The notes below the pieces were generated by a model. The model searched no databases and was not told the origin of the DNA. It was given only the letters and a program-made list of their open reading frames with translations. A stretch of 24,000 bases of DNA, from contig DASXVX010000073.1 of assembly GCA_036504075.1 (NCBI GenBank), positions 5,985 to 29,984 on the forward strand, written 5' to 3'. The position numbers were made by a program, and so were the translations under genes. This document shows positions 13,913 to 23,197 of this stretch, in pieces; the first letter of the stretch is position 1, and each line of letters begins with the position of its first letter. The DNA comes from Symbiobacteriaceae bacterium (GTDB taxonomy: Bacteria > Bacillota > Sulfobacillia > Symbiobacteriales > Symbiobacteriaceae).

Positions 13913-14686
13913 TCATGAGCCAGAATGGTTTCTCTGCTTCTCAGGCAGGCGGATGCGCAGAATGTCTGTTTCGGCGAAAAGCGGGCCGACGGAAAGGCCG
14001 AGACGGCGGTAGACCGATTCGGGAATGCCGATGTCCGCCAGGTAGAGATCGCCGACAAACGGCGCGGCAACTGGCCCCATCAACCCGATCTTGGGAAGGG
14101 CCAGGGTAAGGGTGGCCCGTGCCCGAATGCACGGACCGCACGGCGCTCCGCTGGTGACATCCAGGCCGGAGGGCGCGTCGAGAGCCAGCACCGGCAGCCG
14201 CGACCGGGTCGTCCACTCGATCAGTTCCGCGGTAGCGCCTTGCACGGGCCCGGTCAGGCCGTAGCCCACCAGCGCATCCAACACCAGGGCGCCCTGCGGC
14301 AGCGTCGACGGGAGCGGCGGCTCCGTACTGATAAAGACGCCCATTTGCCGCAAGGTGTGAAGCTGGTGCCCGGGGACTCCGGCGTAGGTCCCGGCGGGGG
14401 CCGACAGGACGACGTGCACGGGTAGTCCCCACCGCTGGAGATGCCTGGCGGCCACCAGCCCGCCGCCCCCGTTGTTGCCGCGCCCGGCCAGCACGACGAG
14501 GCTCTCCACGCCGCCAAGGTCTCTGGCCAGTTGCTGCGCCAGACGTGCCAGATGATGGCCGGCCAGTTCCATCATCTGGAGGAGCGCGATCCCTGCCTCC
14601 TCCATCATCAGGCGGTCCACTTCCCGCATCTCTTCGCCGGTCAAAGCCGGAATCTCCACACCAGTCAGCGGTTCATCGGTTGGCAT
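13913..14686 (-). CDS. NAD(P)H-hydrate epimerase (stand-alone YjeF N-terminal domain)
   Basis: ...LMMEEAGIALLQMMELAG...VVLAGRGNNGGGGLVAARHL...VLDALVGYGLTGP...ALDAPSGLD... ATG 14686 with GGAGG RBS. Convergent with the preceding operon. Confidence 0.8.
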   Translation of the reverse strand: MPTDEPLTGVEIPALTGEEMREVDRLMMEEAGIALLQMMELAGHHLARLAQQLARDLGGVESLVVLAGRGNNGGGGLVAARHLQRWGLPVHVVLSAPAGTYAGVPGHQLHTLRQMGVFISTEPPLPSTLPQGALVLDALVGYGLTGPVQGATAELIEWTTRSRLPVLALDAPSGLDVTSGAPCGPCIRARATLTLALPKIGLMGPVAAPFVGDLYLADIGIPESVYRRLGLSVGPLFAETDILRIRLPEKQRNHSGS

Positions 14687-14808
14687 TTCGATCAGCCTCC
14701 GGATTGGTTCCTGGTATCAAGCAGGCCATGCATTCGACCAGAATGGCGGTTCTTCCTCGCTGTATGCCTCCAGTGGCCCGGCTGAACGAAATAAAGGAGT
14801 CGTGAGGC

Positions 14809-15297
14809 ATGCGCAAACGTGCCAAGGCACGACTTGCCCTGGTCGTGGGCCTTCTCCACGTCCTTGCCCTGGTTAGCGGCTGTGCCGCCAAGCTTCCGCC
14901 AGTGGCAGACGCAGTTCCGACCGGCTCCGAGGTCCTCGCTCTGCAAAGCGTTCCCAAAGGCTACGCGGTGCTCTCCCGGAATGGGGCCCTGGTGAGGATC
15001 ACGGTTGTCACCGAGTCCGGCATCTACCGGGGGGGCGACATCCCCGTCGACCCGACCGTTCCCCTGCCAGCCCCACTGATCGCCGGGGCCTTTGGGACCG
15101 CCATTGTCGCAGGCGTTGTACACGACGCACGGGCCACCGCCGTGGAACTCGTGGCAACCAAAGGAAAAGTCCTGCGCGTGCCGGTGGTTCGGGGCGGATA
15201 CCTGTTCGTCTATCCGCCCGGCGACGGGCACAGCCGGATCAGGATCAGCACCCTGGACGAGAGCGGGATGCTTCTCTCCCAGTGGTCGAACTTGTGA
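14809..15297 (+). CDS. Hypothetical lipoprotein
   Basis: MRKRAKARLALVVGLLHVLALVSGC lipobox and AAGGAG RBS. No recognisable domain. Confidence 0.6.
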   Translation: MRKRAKARLALVVGLLHVLALVSGCAAKLPPVADAVPTGSEVLALQSVPKGYAVLSRNGALVRITVVTESGIYRGGDIPVDPTVPLPAPLIAGAFGTAIVAGVVHDARATAVELVATKGKVLRVPVVRGGYLFVYPPGDGHSRIRISTLDESGMLLSQWSNL

Positions 15298-15314
15298 AAA
15301 TCGGTGGTGCCATT

Positions 15315-15404
15315 TGGTTTTGTGAACTGGCTTACAGACGATGCCCAAGAATGCCTGTATACTATTGCCGACTGCGATCAACGGACACGACGGGAGTGCG
15401 TGGC
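15315..15404 (+). repeat. Copy B of the ~90-nt duplicated promoter/leader module
   Basis: See 6213..6303. Here the conserved leader block CAACGGACACGACGGGAGTGCGTGGC is followed by about 70 nt of unrelated sequence before the MCP RBS. Confidence 0.8.
15321..15363 (+). promoter_or_regulatory. Second CRP-type operator (TGTGAACTGGCTTACA, 15321-15336) plus extended -10 (TGTATACT, 15356-15363)
   Basis: The 16-bp box is identical to 6219-6234, with the same 19-nt spacing to TG-n-TATACT. It lies about 115 nt upstream of the MCP start. Confidence 0.65.
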
Positions 15405-15475
15405 CTTTTTTTCGCCTCTTCATCGTGTTGATTACGCCGGGGGCGCGGCCCGACCTGAATGCGGGAGGTATTCAT

Positions 15476-16681
15476 GTGAAAACGGAAATCGGCCTCTGGC
15501 TCCTGGCAGCACTGAGTGCCGGTGGAACAGTGACCGCCATCTGGTGGGCAAGCCGCAGTAGCCGGGAGGCAGCCCACTGGCGGGAACAGGCGGACCGATT
15601 TCGCACGGAACTAGTGGCACACGGCCAGGCCGACGCGACGACAGCCGCACGTTGGCAGCAGTCGGGGATGGTCATCTGCGACTTGGCGGCGACGATGGCT
15701 GAGCGTGCCGAACAGGTGCATGACCGGGCAGAGGCCATTGGGGCGAACGCGTGGTCCAACTCCGCCACCACTGATTCACTGTTGACAGTCGCCGCGGAAC
15801 TGGCGGCGGCCGCCACGCAGGTGACTGCTGCTGCCGAAAGCCAGGCCCGGACCATGCAGGAAATGGCGGCCGATTCAGAAGCCATCTCCGCCAGCTTGCA
15901 AGCCGTCCGGGCTCGGGTGGAGTCGGCGTCCGGGGACAGTGCCGCCAGCCTGGAGGCGGCACGGCGCGGCGGTGGCCGCCTGGAGCATGCGTTGACGGGC
16001 ATCGCCCGCGGGAGCGAGGCGGTCCTTACCGCCGGCGGCACGGTGAAAACTCTGGCCGATGCCACGTCGCAAATCACAGCGATTTCCGCCCAGATCGCCG
16101 ACGTGGCGGAGCAGACCAACCTGCTGGCTCTGAATGCCAGCATCGAGGCCGCCCGGGCCGGCGAGCACGGGCGGGGGTTTGCGGTGGTGGCCCAGGAGGT
16201 TCGCAAACTGGCCGAACGGGCGGCCCTGGCCACGGCGGACATCAGTAAGCTGGCTGTGCGGATCCAGACGGACACAGCCACCGTCATGTCCACCATGGCC
16301 GGTGCGGACCGGGACGTGCAGGCAGGCGTGGCCGCTGCCCGGGAAGCCGGCGCCGGGCTGGCCGAGATCGTGCAGGCGGCCGAGCGCTCTCACGGGGCCC
16401 TGACGGCGGCCGTGGCGATGGTCGGTGACCTGCAGACCCGGGGCGCCGGCCTGGCGCGGGCCATCGGTGAAATTGCTGCGGTGACCGAGGAACACGCCAG
16501 TATGGCGGAACAGGTGAAAGTAAGCTCCCACAGCGTGGCGGACCATGCTCGGGAGATCGCGGGCAAAGCCCGGGCCAACGCCGAAACGACGCAGCTACTG
16601 GTGACCGGGGCAGGTGAGAATCGCACGGCTGCCCTGCGCATTCAGGCCGAGGCCGACATACTTCGGGGGGAAATGCAGTGA
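15476..16681 (+). CDS. Methyl-accepting chemotaxis protein (short, single N-terminal TM)
   Basis: Highly conserved signalling hairpin ...[39 protein letters not shown]... GTG 15476 lies 6 nt after GGGAGGT. The upstream part of track ORF 15341.. covers the promoter/leader. Confidence 0.85.
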   Translation: MKTEIGLWLLAALSAGGTVTAIWWASRSSREAAHWREQADRFRTELVAHGQADATTAARWQQSGMVICDLAATMAERAEQVHDRAEAIGANAWSNSATTDSLLTVAAELAAAATQVTAAAESQARTMQEMAADSEAISASLQAVRARVESASGDSAASLEAARRGGGRLEHALTGIARGSEAVLTAGGTVKTLADATSQITAISAQIADVAEQTNLLALNASIEAARAGEHGRGFAVVAQEVRKLAERAALATADISKLAVRIQTDTATVMSTMAGADRDVQAGVAAAREAGAGLAEIVQAAERSHGALTAAVAMVGDLQTRGAGLARAIGEIAAVTEEHASMAEQVKVSSHSVADHAREIAGKARANAETTQLLVTGAGENRTAALRIQAEADILRGEMQ

Positions 16682-17154
16682 CGACAACGCGCCTGAGTCG
16701 GGTCCCGGTGCCCGCGGTGGCTGGGGCCGTCGCTCTTCTCGATCAGCTTGCTAAAGCGCTGGCGATCCGACTGTTGCCGGCCAGTGGACTGGTCTATAAC
16801 ACGGGCGCGGCCTTCGGCTTCCTTTCGGGACATGCCTGGGCGTTGGCCGCAGCGGGCCTCGCGGCAATCCCGCTGCTGCTCGGCATGGACCGGCTCTGGC
16901 AGTTCGGACAGGCTGGGCGCTGGGGGCTGGCCCTGGCCCTCGGGGGTGCGGTGGGAAACACGCTGGATCGGCTGCTCAGCGGGCGAGTCGTGGACTTCAT
17001 TACGGTGCCGGGGTATCCCTTTCAATTCAACCTCGCCGATGTAGCAATCCGTCTTGGCGCGATGCTGTTGCTGTTTGACATAATCAGGCACGCCAAGAGC
17101 GAACAGGCGGCCGGACGGGCGAAGCTGCAGACTGTGCGGTCGGGATCCCCCTGA
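16678..17154 (+). CDS. lspA: Lipoprotein signal peptidase (signal peptidase II) family protein
   Basis: LspA motifs: [39 protein letters not shown] start/stop overlap with the MCP gene. Confidence 0.8.
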   Translation: MTTTRLSRVPVPAVAGAVALLDQLAKALAIRLLPASGLVYNTGAAFGFLSGHAWALAAAGLAAIPLLLGMDRLWQFGQAGRWGLALALGGAVGNTLDRLLSGRVVDFITVPGYPFQFNLADVAIRLGAMLLLFDIIRHAKSEQAAGRAKLQTVRSGSP

Positions 17155-17197
17155 ATTTGGCATGCGTCCACTACGCGAGAGAGGGAGGGTGAGGCTG

Positions 17198-17372
17198 ATG
17201 GAGGCCGTATCTGTCATCCTGTACACCCATGCCGGTTGCCCGGGCGGAGCGGCCGCCTGCGTGAATCGGAACTCCCCTCCTGGTGGTGGGCGGGTACATC
17301 ATGCACGGTTTTGACCCGGAGGAGTTTGAACGCCTGGAGGCCATGGTGGAAAGGAGAGCGGGTCGTGGATAA
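17198..17372 (+). pseudogene. Decayed glutaredoxin-like gene (internal deletion plus frameshift), homolog of 5879..6121
   Basis: The frame from ATG 17198 gives MEAVSVILYTHAGCPGGAAAC and then diverges to a stop at 17312-17314. A +1 frame from 17277 gives LLVVGGYIMHGFDPEEFERLEAM..., ending at TAA 17370-17372. Compared with the intact copy, the middle segment of roughly 27-32 aa (YFDQVGMPYRVCDVLQDAAAHTEFKRLGGIGT) is missing. Confidence 0.65.
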
Positions 17373-18054
17373 GCTCGGCTATCTCTCGCGTATCAATATT
17401 CTGGAGGTCCTCCCGAAGGAGGCCCTGGTGGAAGTGGCCAGGGTTGCGGCCATGGACGTCCTCCACAAGGGGACAACGATCATGCAGCCGGGGAGCGTTC
17501 CCGAGGTACTGTATCTCCTGAAGGAAGGCCGGGTCCGCATCTTCAGAGTGAACGCTGACGGCAAAGAGTTTACCACCGCCTTGCTGGGTCCCGGAAACAT
17601 CTTCGGCGAGGTGGGTAGCTTTTCGACCGGCACGCAGGGGGCCTATGCCGAGGCTGTAGATGACGTCAGGCTCTGTCTCCTGCGCAAGCCGGACGTGGAA
17701 AGGCTGATTCAGCAGTATCCGCAACTGGCGATGCGGGTGGTGGAGGTCCTTTCGATCCGGCTGAGGCAGGTCCATGAGTTGTTGGAATATGTGGCGATGG
17801 GCGACGTGCGCTCCCGCCTGCTCTATTTGCTGCTGCGCCTGGCGGCAGAATTCGGCGCGGACGAGGACGGAGACTGGATGCTGATCGCCGCGGAACTGAC
17901 GCATCAGGACCTGGGGTCGATGATTGGCGCCACGCGCGAGACGGTCAGTACCACCCTGGCCAGTCTGGCCCGGGATGAACTCGTCCGGACCGGACGAAAG
18001 GAGATCTGGGTGCATCGGCCAAGGGCGAAAGCCGCCGTGGAGCGGCGTTTCTAG
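17365..18054 (+). CDS. Crp/Fnr-family transcriptional regulator, paralog 2
   Basis: About three-quarters of residues are identical to the 5176..5865 product over the full length by eye (VDKLGYLSRINILEVLPKEAL...GATRETVSTTLASLARDELV...). GTG 17365 lies after AAGGAGAG. The upstream part of track ORF 17236.. is an artefact over the grx remnant. Confidence 0.9.
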   Translation: MDKLGYLSRINILEVLPKEALVEVARVAAMDVLHKGTTIMQPGSVPEVLYLLKEGRVRIFRVNADGKEFTTALLGPGNIFGEVGSFSTGTQGAYAEAVDDVRLCLLRKPDVERLIQQYPQLAMRVVEVLSIRLRQVHELLEYVAMGDVRSRLLYLLLRLAAEFGADEDGDWMLIAAELTHQDLGSMIGATRETVSTTLASLARDELVRTGRKEIWVHRPRAKAAVERRF

Positions 18055-18084
18055 GCCAAATTGTCGCACGGGGAGGCGCACTCG

Positions 18085-19353
18085 ATGTCCCTGAGGCGGT
18101 TGAAACTCGCCGGAGTCGTCTTGCCGGTCGTCTTCCTGCTGGTGTTCGATTTCATCCGGCACAAGATCTGGTGGGCGGAACTACACACCTGGACGGGAAT
18201 CATCGTTTCGGCGGTGACGTTCACCATCCTTTCGATCGGCTTCAGCCTCGGGCTCTTCAAGCAGATCGAAGAGCTCGACGCGGCCAATTGCCGCCTGCGG
18301 CAGGAAGCCCAAGAGACGGCCGAGTTCCTGGAGAACCTCATCCACTACAGTGGCGACGGCGTGATCGTCACCGATCTGGACGGGACGATTGTCCGCTGGA
18401 ACAAAGGGGCCGAGGCCATTTACGGCTGGACCCCGGAAGAAGCCATGGGTTCCCAAACGCTCATGGTGCCCCCCGAACGCAAGCATGAAATCCCGATGAT
18501 GATCGACCAGGTCCGGGTTGGTGGGTCACTGCGCAACTTCGAAACGGTGCGCCTTTGCAAAGACGGGCGCCGGATCGACGTGATGGTGACGGTCACCGCG
18601 GTGAAAAATGCCCGGGGCGAGATCACCGGCATGCTGGGTTTTTCCAAGGACATCACGGCGGAGAAGGCGCTGGAGCGGCAGGCGCAGCAACTGGCCATCC
18701 TGGAGGAGCAGGAGCGCATCTGTATGGACCTGCACGACAGCGTGATCCAGTCCATCTACGGGGTGGCCCTCCAGCTGGAGGACTGCGCCGACCAGGTGGA
18801 GGAGGCGCCTCAAGCCGTGCGGACCCGGCTGGACCGGGCCATCGACTCGCTGCATCTGGTGATGAATGACATCCGCTCGTACATTTTGCACCTGCGCCGT
18901 GACGTCAGGACCGACGGCGACCTGGCCGCCGGGCTTGCCGACCTGCTGAACGACTTTGAAGCCAATTCGCTGGTGCATGGCGACCTGGAGGCGTCCGGCG
19001 ACAGCAGTTGGCTCACCTCCGAGCAGCGCACGCACCTCCTGCAGCTGACCAGAGAGGCGCTGTCCAACGTTCACCGCCACGCGCGGGCCACGCGGGTGAA
19101 GGTGACCGCCGATGAGGACGGAGCCGCCTTACGGCTGACCATCGCAGACAACGGGCGGGGCTGGGACACCGGGGCTCAGGGGACTACCCACCAGATGGGC
19201 CTCCGGAACATGGTGACCCGCGCCCGGGCAGCCGGCGGAGATTTGCAGGTGGAGAGTTCTCCTGGGGCAGGGGCGGTGGTGCGGGTCGTCGTGCCCAGAC
19301 TTGGTTCCGCCGCAGCGTTTGCGAACGAGAGCACAGAGAGGGTGGGGCCATGA
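18085..19353 (+). CDS. Sensor histidine kinase, NarL/DegS-type (HisKA_3) with N-terminal TM pair and PAS domain
   Basis: PAS: ...LIHYSGDGVIVTDLDGTIVRWNKGAEAIYGWTPEEAMG...GFSKDIT. H-box: EEQERICMDLHDSVIQSIYG. ATPase motifs: NVHRHA, DNGRGW, GLRNM. ATG 18085 lies 8 nt after GGGAGG. Confidence 0.85.
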   Translation: MSLRRLKLAGVVLPVVFLLVFDFIRHKIWWAELHTWTGIIVSAVTFTILSIGFSLGLFKQIEELDAANCRLRQEAQETAEFLENLIHYSGDGVIVTDLDGTIVRWNKGAEAIYGWTPEEAMGSQTLMVPPERKHEIPMMIDQVRVGGSLRNFETVRLCKDGRRIDVMVTVTAVKNARGEITGMLGFSKDITAEKALERQAQQLAILEEQERICMDLHDSVIQSIYGVALQLEDCADQVEEAPQAVRTRLDRAIDSLHLVMNDIRSYILHLRRDVRTDGDLAAGLADLLNDFEANSLVHGDLEASGDSSWLTSEQRTHLLQLTREALSNVHRHARATRVKVTADEDGAALRLTIADNGRGWDTGAQGTTHQMGLRNMVTRARAAGGDLQVESSPGAGAVVRVVVPRLGSAAAFANESTERVGP

Positions 19354-20012
19354 CCGGACCACTGAAAGTACTGATCGTCGATGATCACGAAGTGGTGCGA
19401 ATCGGCCTGAGGCAGCTACTGGAACGGAAGCCGGAACTGGTGGTGGTGGGGGAGGCCGGCACGGCGGCCGAGGCCATCGCAGTGGCGCGGGCGGAGCGGC
19501 CGGACGTGGTGATCATGGACGTGCGGCTGCCGGATGCCAGCGGCATTGAAGCCTGCCGGGAGATTCGCTCAGGGCGGCCGGCGGCCAAGGTGATCATGGT
19601 GACCTCCTACGCCGATGACGACGCCGTCTTAGCGGCCATTCTGGCCGGGGCATCGGGCTACCTGTTGAAGCAGGCCCGCGGTCAGGTGCTGGTGGAGGCG
19701 ATTCTCACGGTGGGCACCGGCGGCACGCTGCTGGACCCGACCATCACCCGGCAGGTGCTGGAGCGCATTCGGGGCGGCGGGTCGGTGGCACAGCGGGTGG
19801 CCGGGCTATCGGAGCAGGAGCAGCGGATTCTGGATCTCATCAGCCGGGGCCGGACGAACCGGGAGATGGCCGAGGAGATGTACCTGAGCGAAAACACGGT
19901 CCGGAACTACGTCTCCAACCTGCTGCACAAGCTGAAGGTCAGCCGGCGGTCAGAGGCGGCGGCCATTGCCGCCCGCCTGCGCCCGAGCAGTGGTGCCGGC
20001 AGTGTGCAGTAA
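19350..20012 (+). CDS. Response regulator, NarL/LuxR family
   Basis: Receiver VLIVDDHEVVRIGL...VVIMDVRLPDASG...KVIMVTS. LuxR HTH LSEQEQRILDLISRGRTNREMAEEMYLSENTVRNYVSNLLHKL. ATGA overlap with the kinase gene. Confidence 0.9.
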   Translation: MTGPLKVLIVDDHEVVRIGLRQLLERKPELVVVGEAGTAAEAIAVARAERPDVVIMDVRLPDASGIEACREIRSGRPAAKVIMVTSYADDDAVLAAILAGASGYLLKQARGQVLVEAILTVGTGGTLLDPTITRQVLERIRGGGSVAQRVAGLSEQEQRILDLISRGRTNREMAEEMYLSENTVRNYVSNLLHKLKVSRRSEAAAIAARLRPSSGAGSVQ

Positions 20013-20078
20013 ACCGCCTGCGAGGGCACACACGAAGGCCCGGTCTGAGCGAGTTATGGTGTTGAAAGGGGAAGCGAC

Positions 20079-20738
20079 ATGCTGCGTAAGACGGCTCTGG
20101 CCATGTTGATGACCTTGATGATGCTGGTGGCTGTGTCCGGGATTGCTAGTGCCCACGCAGTCGTATACCCAAAAACGGCAGTTTCCAACAGCTATCAAGC
20201 CTTTGCGCTGCGTGTACCTACGGAGAAGGAAGTCCCGACCATCCAATTGCGGGTGGAGATGCCTGCCGACTTTGCCGTATCGCGGGTGCGCCCGTTGCCT
20301 GGTTGGACCTATGCCGTGGAGAAGACGGCGGACGGCAAGGCGATCAAGGCGATCACTTGGACAGGCGGCAAGATCCTGCCCGGCGAGTATCAGGACTTTG
20401 AGTTCCAGGGCAAAACGGCCGCGAATCCCGGCAAGTACGCGTTCCGGGCGTTCCAGACGTACGCTGACGGTGAGACGGTCGAATGGACGGGTCCGGCGGA
20501 TGCCAAGACACCGGCTTCGATCGTCGAAGTGGTGGCCGGTGTCACGACCACGGACGCCCACGGTCAGGAGCAAGCGATCGATCACAAGCCCACCGGCGCC
20601 CCTGCCACGCCCCCCGGTGCACCTGCAACTGCTCCGACGTCGGCCCCGGCCGGCTCCAATCCGTGGACGGCTGCGGCCGCGTACGGCGGGTTCGTCCTGG
20701 CGGTCGCGGCGTTGTTGGTCGCCTTTTGGCGTAGATAG
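20079..20738 (+). CDS. ycnI: YcnI-family (DUF1775) extracytoplasmic copper-binding protein with C-terminal TM anchor
   Basis: Signal peptide ...VSGIASA followed by HAVVYPKTAVSNSYQAFALRVPTEKE, giving an N-terminal His after cleavage. Also ...ITWTGGKILPGEYQDFEF..., a Pro/Ala/Thr linker and a TM tail. Confidence 0.75.
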   Translation: MLRKTALAMLMTLMMLVAVSGIASAHAVVYPKTAVSNSYQAFALRVPTEKEVPTIQLRVEMPADFAVSRVRPLPGWTYAVEKTADGKAIKAITWTGGKILPGEYQDFEFQGKTAANPGKYAFRAFQTYADGETVEWTGPADAKTPASIVEVVAGVTTTDAHGQEQAIDHKPTGAPATPPGAPATAPTSAPAGSNPWTAAAAYGGFVLAVAALLVAFWRR

Positions 20739-20742
20739 GCCC

Positions 20743-22380
20743 ATGCCGAATCGCTTGAAACCCCTTCTCCTTGCTGTGCTGGTGGTGGGCCTTTCACTGC
20801 TGAGCGCGAGGCCTGCCGACGCGCACGCGTTCGTCGTCAGCAGCAAACCGGGAAACGGCGAGAAGCTCGTGGAAGCTCCCGGCGAAGTTGAGGTCCGGTT
20901 TAATGAACCGGTGACGGCGGAGTTTACCCCCCTGGTCGTGCGCGACGACGCCGGCGCCCGCGTGGACGTCGGCGATGCACGTCTCGACCCTCAGGACCCC
21001 ACCCTGGCCACAGTCAGTTTGAAGCCCCTGCGGCCCGGGTTTTACACCGTTGTCTATCGGATCACGTCATTAGACGGTCATCCGGTCGAAGGTGCGATCG
21101 CGTTTTCCGTGGGTGCGGTCACGGGGACCGGCCCGGCGGGGGCAGGGCCGGTCTCTGGGGGTAGTGCGGACCTGTGGGCCGGCCTGGTTCACGGCCTTGT
21201 GCAACTGCTGGCAGCCCTTCTGGCCGGCCTGACCGCCTTCCTGCTGTGCATTTGGCTCCCGGTGGCCGGGAGCGACAGGCGGTTGCGTGTGGAGAGATGG
21301 GCTACCGTGGTTGGAGTCCTGTTTCTGCTGGCCGGAGTCGCGGATGTCAGTCTCTATGCGGTCCGCGCATCGGGGGAGGGGTTTTCCCCCGGCCTGCTGG
21401 CGCACGCATACGCAGCCACTCGTGTGGGGCGAATCTGGCTCCTCCGGACAGGCGTGGCCCTGATTGCGGGTAGCGCGTTGGGATGGTCCGGCTCGGGCAG
21501 TTCGGGGTGGAAGCGCATAGTACTTTTGATCCCCGGCGCCTTCCTGCTAATGACCCTGACGATGCAAAGCCACGCCATGGCGACACGACAGATGTTGCCG
21601 TTCCTGGCCGACTGGATGCACCTGCTGGCCGTCTCCACATGGCTCGGTGGCCTGGCGGGTTTTGGCCTGGTGACCGTCCCGGTGTGGTGGAATATGGCGC
21701 CGGAGGAACGGAAGCAACTGTTGGGTCGGGCGGTCCCGCACTTCTCCCGTGCGGCTGCAGGCGCCGTCCTGCTTCTGACGGTTACCGGCCTGTATATGGC
21801 GCTCCTGCAGATTCCGACGTGGGCGTTGCTCTTTACCACCCGGTACGGTCAGGCCCTGCTGGTGAAACTGATCCTGCTAATGCCCGCGCTCGGGCTGGGT
21901 GGCTACAACCTGTTGCAGCGGGGCAGCGGCGCGTTCGGGCGGGCCGTTCGCACCGAGGTGGTCCTGGTGCTCGGCATCTTTATCGCTGCGGGTTTTCTCA
22001 GTATCCTGCCTCCGGCTCAGGTCGAATTTGCGACGCGATCGGGTGCCTTTGAAGCAAACGCGATCAGCGATGGCTACAAGATCACCCTGAAAATGCAGCC
22101 GAACCAGGTGGGAATTAACTTCCCGGTCGTCACGCTTGCCGATGCCCGCGGGATACCTGAACAAGGCGCCGGTGTGGCGATTCGCATCGTGATGATCACC
22201 CACGACATGGGTGTGCAGAACCTGACTGCCAGGGAGCAGTCACCGGGAGTTTACAAAGGCGACATGGCTGTCCTGGGCATGGACGGGGAATGGCAAGTGG
22301 AGGTCAGCGCCTTGACCAGATCGGGCCGGGAAATCCGCCGTACGTTCCAGATTAAGATACTGCCGCCGCTCGTTCGTTGA
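20743..22380 (+). CDS. ycnJ: CopC-CopD fusion protein with C-terminal YtkA-like domain (YcnJ-like copper transport/resistance protein)
   Basis: Signal peptide, then CopC: HAFVVSSKPGNGEKL...VVYRITSLDGHPVEG. Multi-TM CopD region. The C-terminal soluble domain ...DGYKITLKMQPNQVGIN...GVYKGDMAVLGMDGEWQVEVSAL... ATG 20743 is in frame with track ORF 20143.., whose first 200 codons overlap ycnI in another frame. Confidence 0.8.
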   Translation: MPNRLKPLLLAVLVVGLSLLSARPADAHAFVVSSKPGNGEKLVEAPGEVEVRFNEPVTAEFTPLVVRDDAGARVDVGDARLDPQDPTLATVSLKPLRPGFYTVVYRITSLDGHPVEGAIAFSVGAVTGTGPAGAGPVSGGSADLWAGLVHGLVQLLAALLAGLTAFLLCIWLPVAGSDRRLRVERWATVVGVLFLLAGVADVSLYAVRASGEGFSPGLLAHAYAATRVGRIWLLRTGVALIAGSALGWSGSGSSGWKRIVLLIPGAFLLMTLTMQSHAMATRQMLPFLADWMHLLAVSTWLGGLAGFGLVTVPVWWNMAPEERKQLLGRAVPHFSRAAAGAVLLLTVTGLYMALLQIPTWALLFTTRYGQALLVKLILLMPALGLGGYNLLQRGSGAFGRAVRTEVVLVLGIFIAAGFLSILPPAQVEFATRSGAFEANAISDGYKITLKMQPNQVGINFPVVTLADARGIPEQGAGVAIRIVMITHDMGVQNLTAREQSPGVYKGDMAVLGMDGEWQVEVSALTRSGREIRRTFQIKILPPLVR

Positions 22381-22431
22381 TGAAGAGAATGCAAGCCGGC
22401 ACAGGTCACCGGAAGGTGGCGGAACTTCAGC

Positions 22432-22465
22432 GGGGCCACAGGCATTACCTGTGGCCCCGTTTTCG
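22432..22465 (+). terminator. Rho-independent terminator between convergent genes
   Basis: GGGGCCACAGG-catta-CCTGTGGCCCC followed by GTTTTCGG. An A-rich stretch precedes it on the other side, so it may also serve the minus-strand rhodanese gene weakly. Confidence 0.8.
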
Positions 22466-22500
22466 GTTCGAGAGGTTAGCAGTCGGAAAGGGCCGCCGCT

Positions 22501-23028
22501 CTATGCACAGGGATCAGTAGGTGCAGCGTCAGCCCCCATGTTCAGCGGGTACCCAGCCGCTTCCCAGGCCCGCATTCCGCCTTTCACGTCCACGAGGTTG
22601 GTGTAGCCCAGCTTTACAAGGGCGTTTGCGGCAATATTGCTCATGTTCCCGCTGCGGCAGTAGAGCACGATGCGGGCGTGCTTGTCCGCCGGCAGCTTGG
22701 CGAGGTTCTCCGACCTCGTGATCTGGTCATAGGGAATCTCCAGGTCAGTGCCGTCAATGCGTCCTTCAAAGGGGATGTGGACATTGACCAGCACGAAATC
22801 TTTCTTCCCCAGCGCCTGTTTCAGGTCCTGGACGGTCCACTCGAAGTAGCCGGCAGCGTTGCGGGTCGGAGTGGCACCTGAAGCCGGAGTAGCCACGCCG
22901 GCGGAGGATTGAGAGGTGGGTGCAGGCCCGGGTGCAGATGCGGGTTGTGCATTCCTGGACGCACATCCGGCCGTTAGAACTGCGGCGATGACCATGGTGC
23001 TCAACGTTACGGCCACTGGGTTTTTCAA
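22501..23028 (-). CDS. Rhodanese-domain lipoprotein (extracytoplasmic sulfurtransferase-like)
   Basis: Lipobox AAVLTAGC, a Pro/Ala/Ser/Thr linker, then a single rhodanese domain with active-site loop YCRSGNMS and C-terminal GGMRAWEAAGYP. TTG start 23028 lies 6 nt after GGGAGGGG. Confidence 0.75.
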   Translation of the reverse strand: MKNPVAVTLSTMVIAAVLTAGCASRNAQPASAPGPAPTSQSSAGVATPASGATPTRNAAGYFEWTVQDLKQALGKKDFVLVNVHIPFEGRIDGTDLEIPYDQITRSENLAKLPADKHARIVLYCRSGNMSNIAANALVKLGYTNLVDVKGGMRAWEAAGYPLNMGADAAPTDPCA

Positions 23029-23197
23029 CGAATACCCCTCCCGGTAATCTGTTATGGGGGTACCTTACCATACCGGAATCTTGCTGTGAATCCCCTTCGG
23101 CATAGACCGAAGTCGCCGATCTGCGGGCCACCTTGCGCCCTACTTCCAGGGTCGGTTGTCCATGTCTAATGTCATCGCTGAAAAGGACCGACCATTC

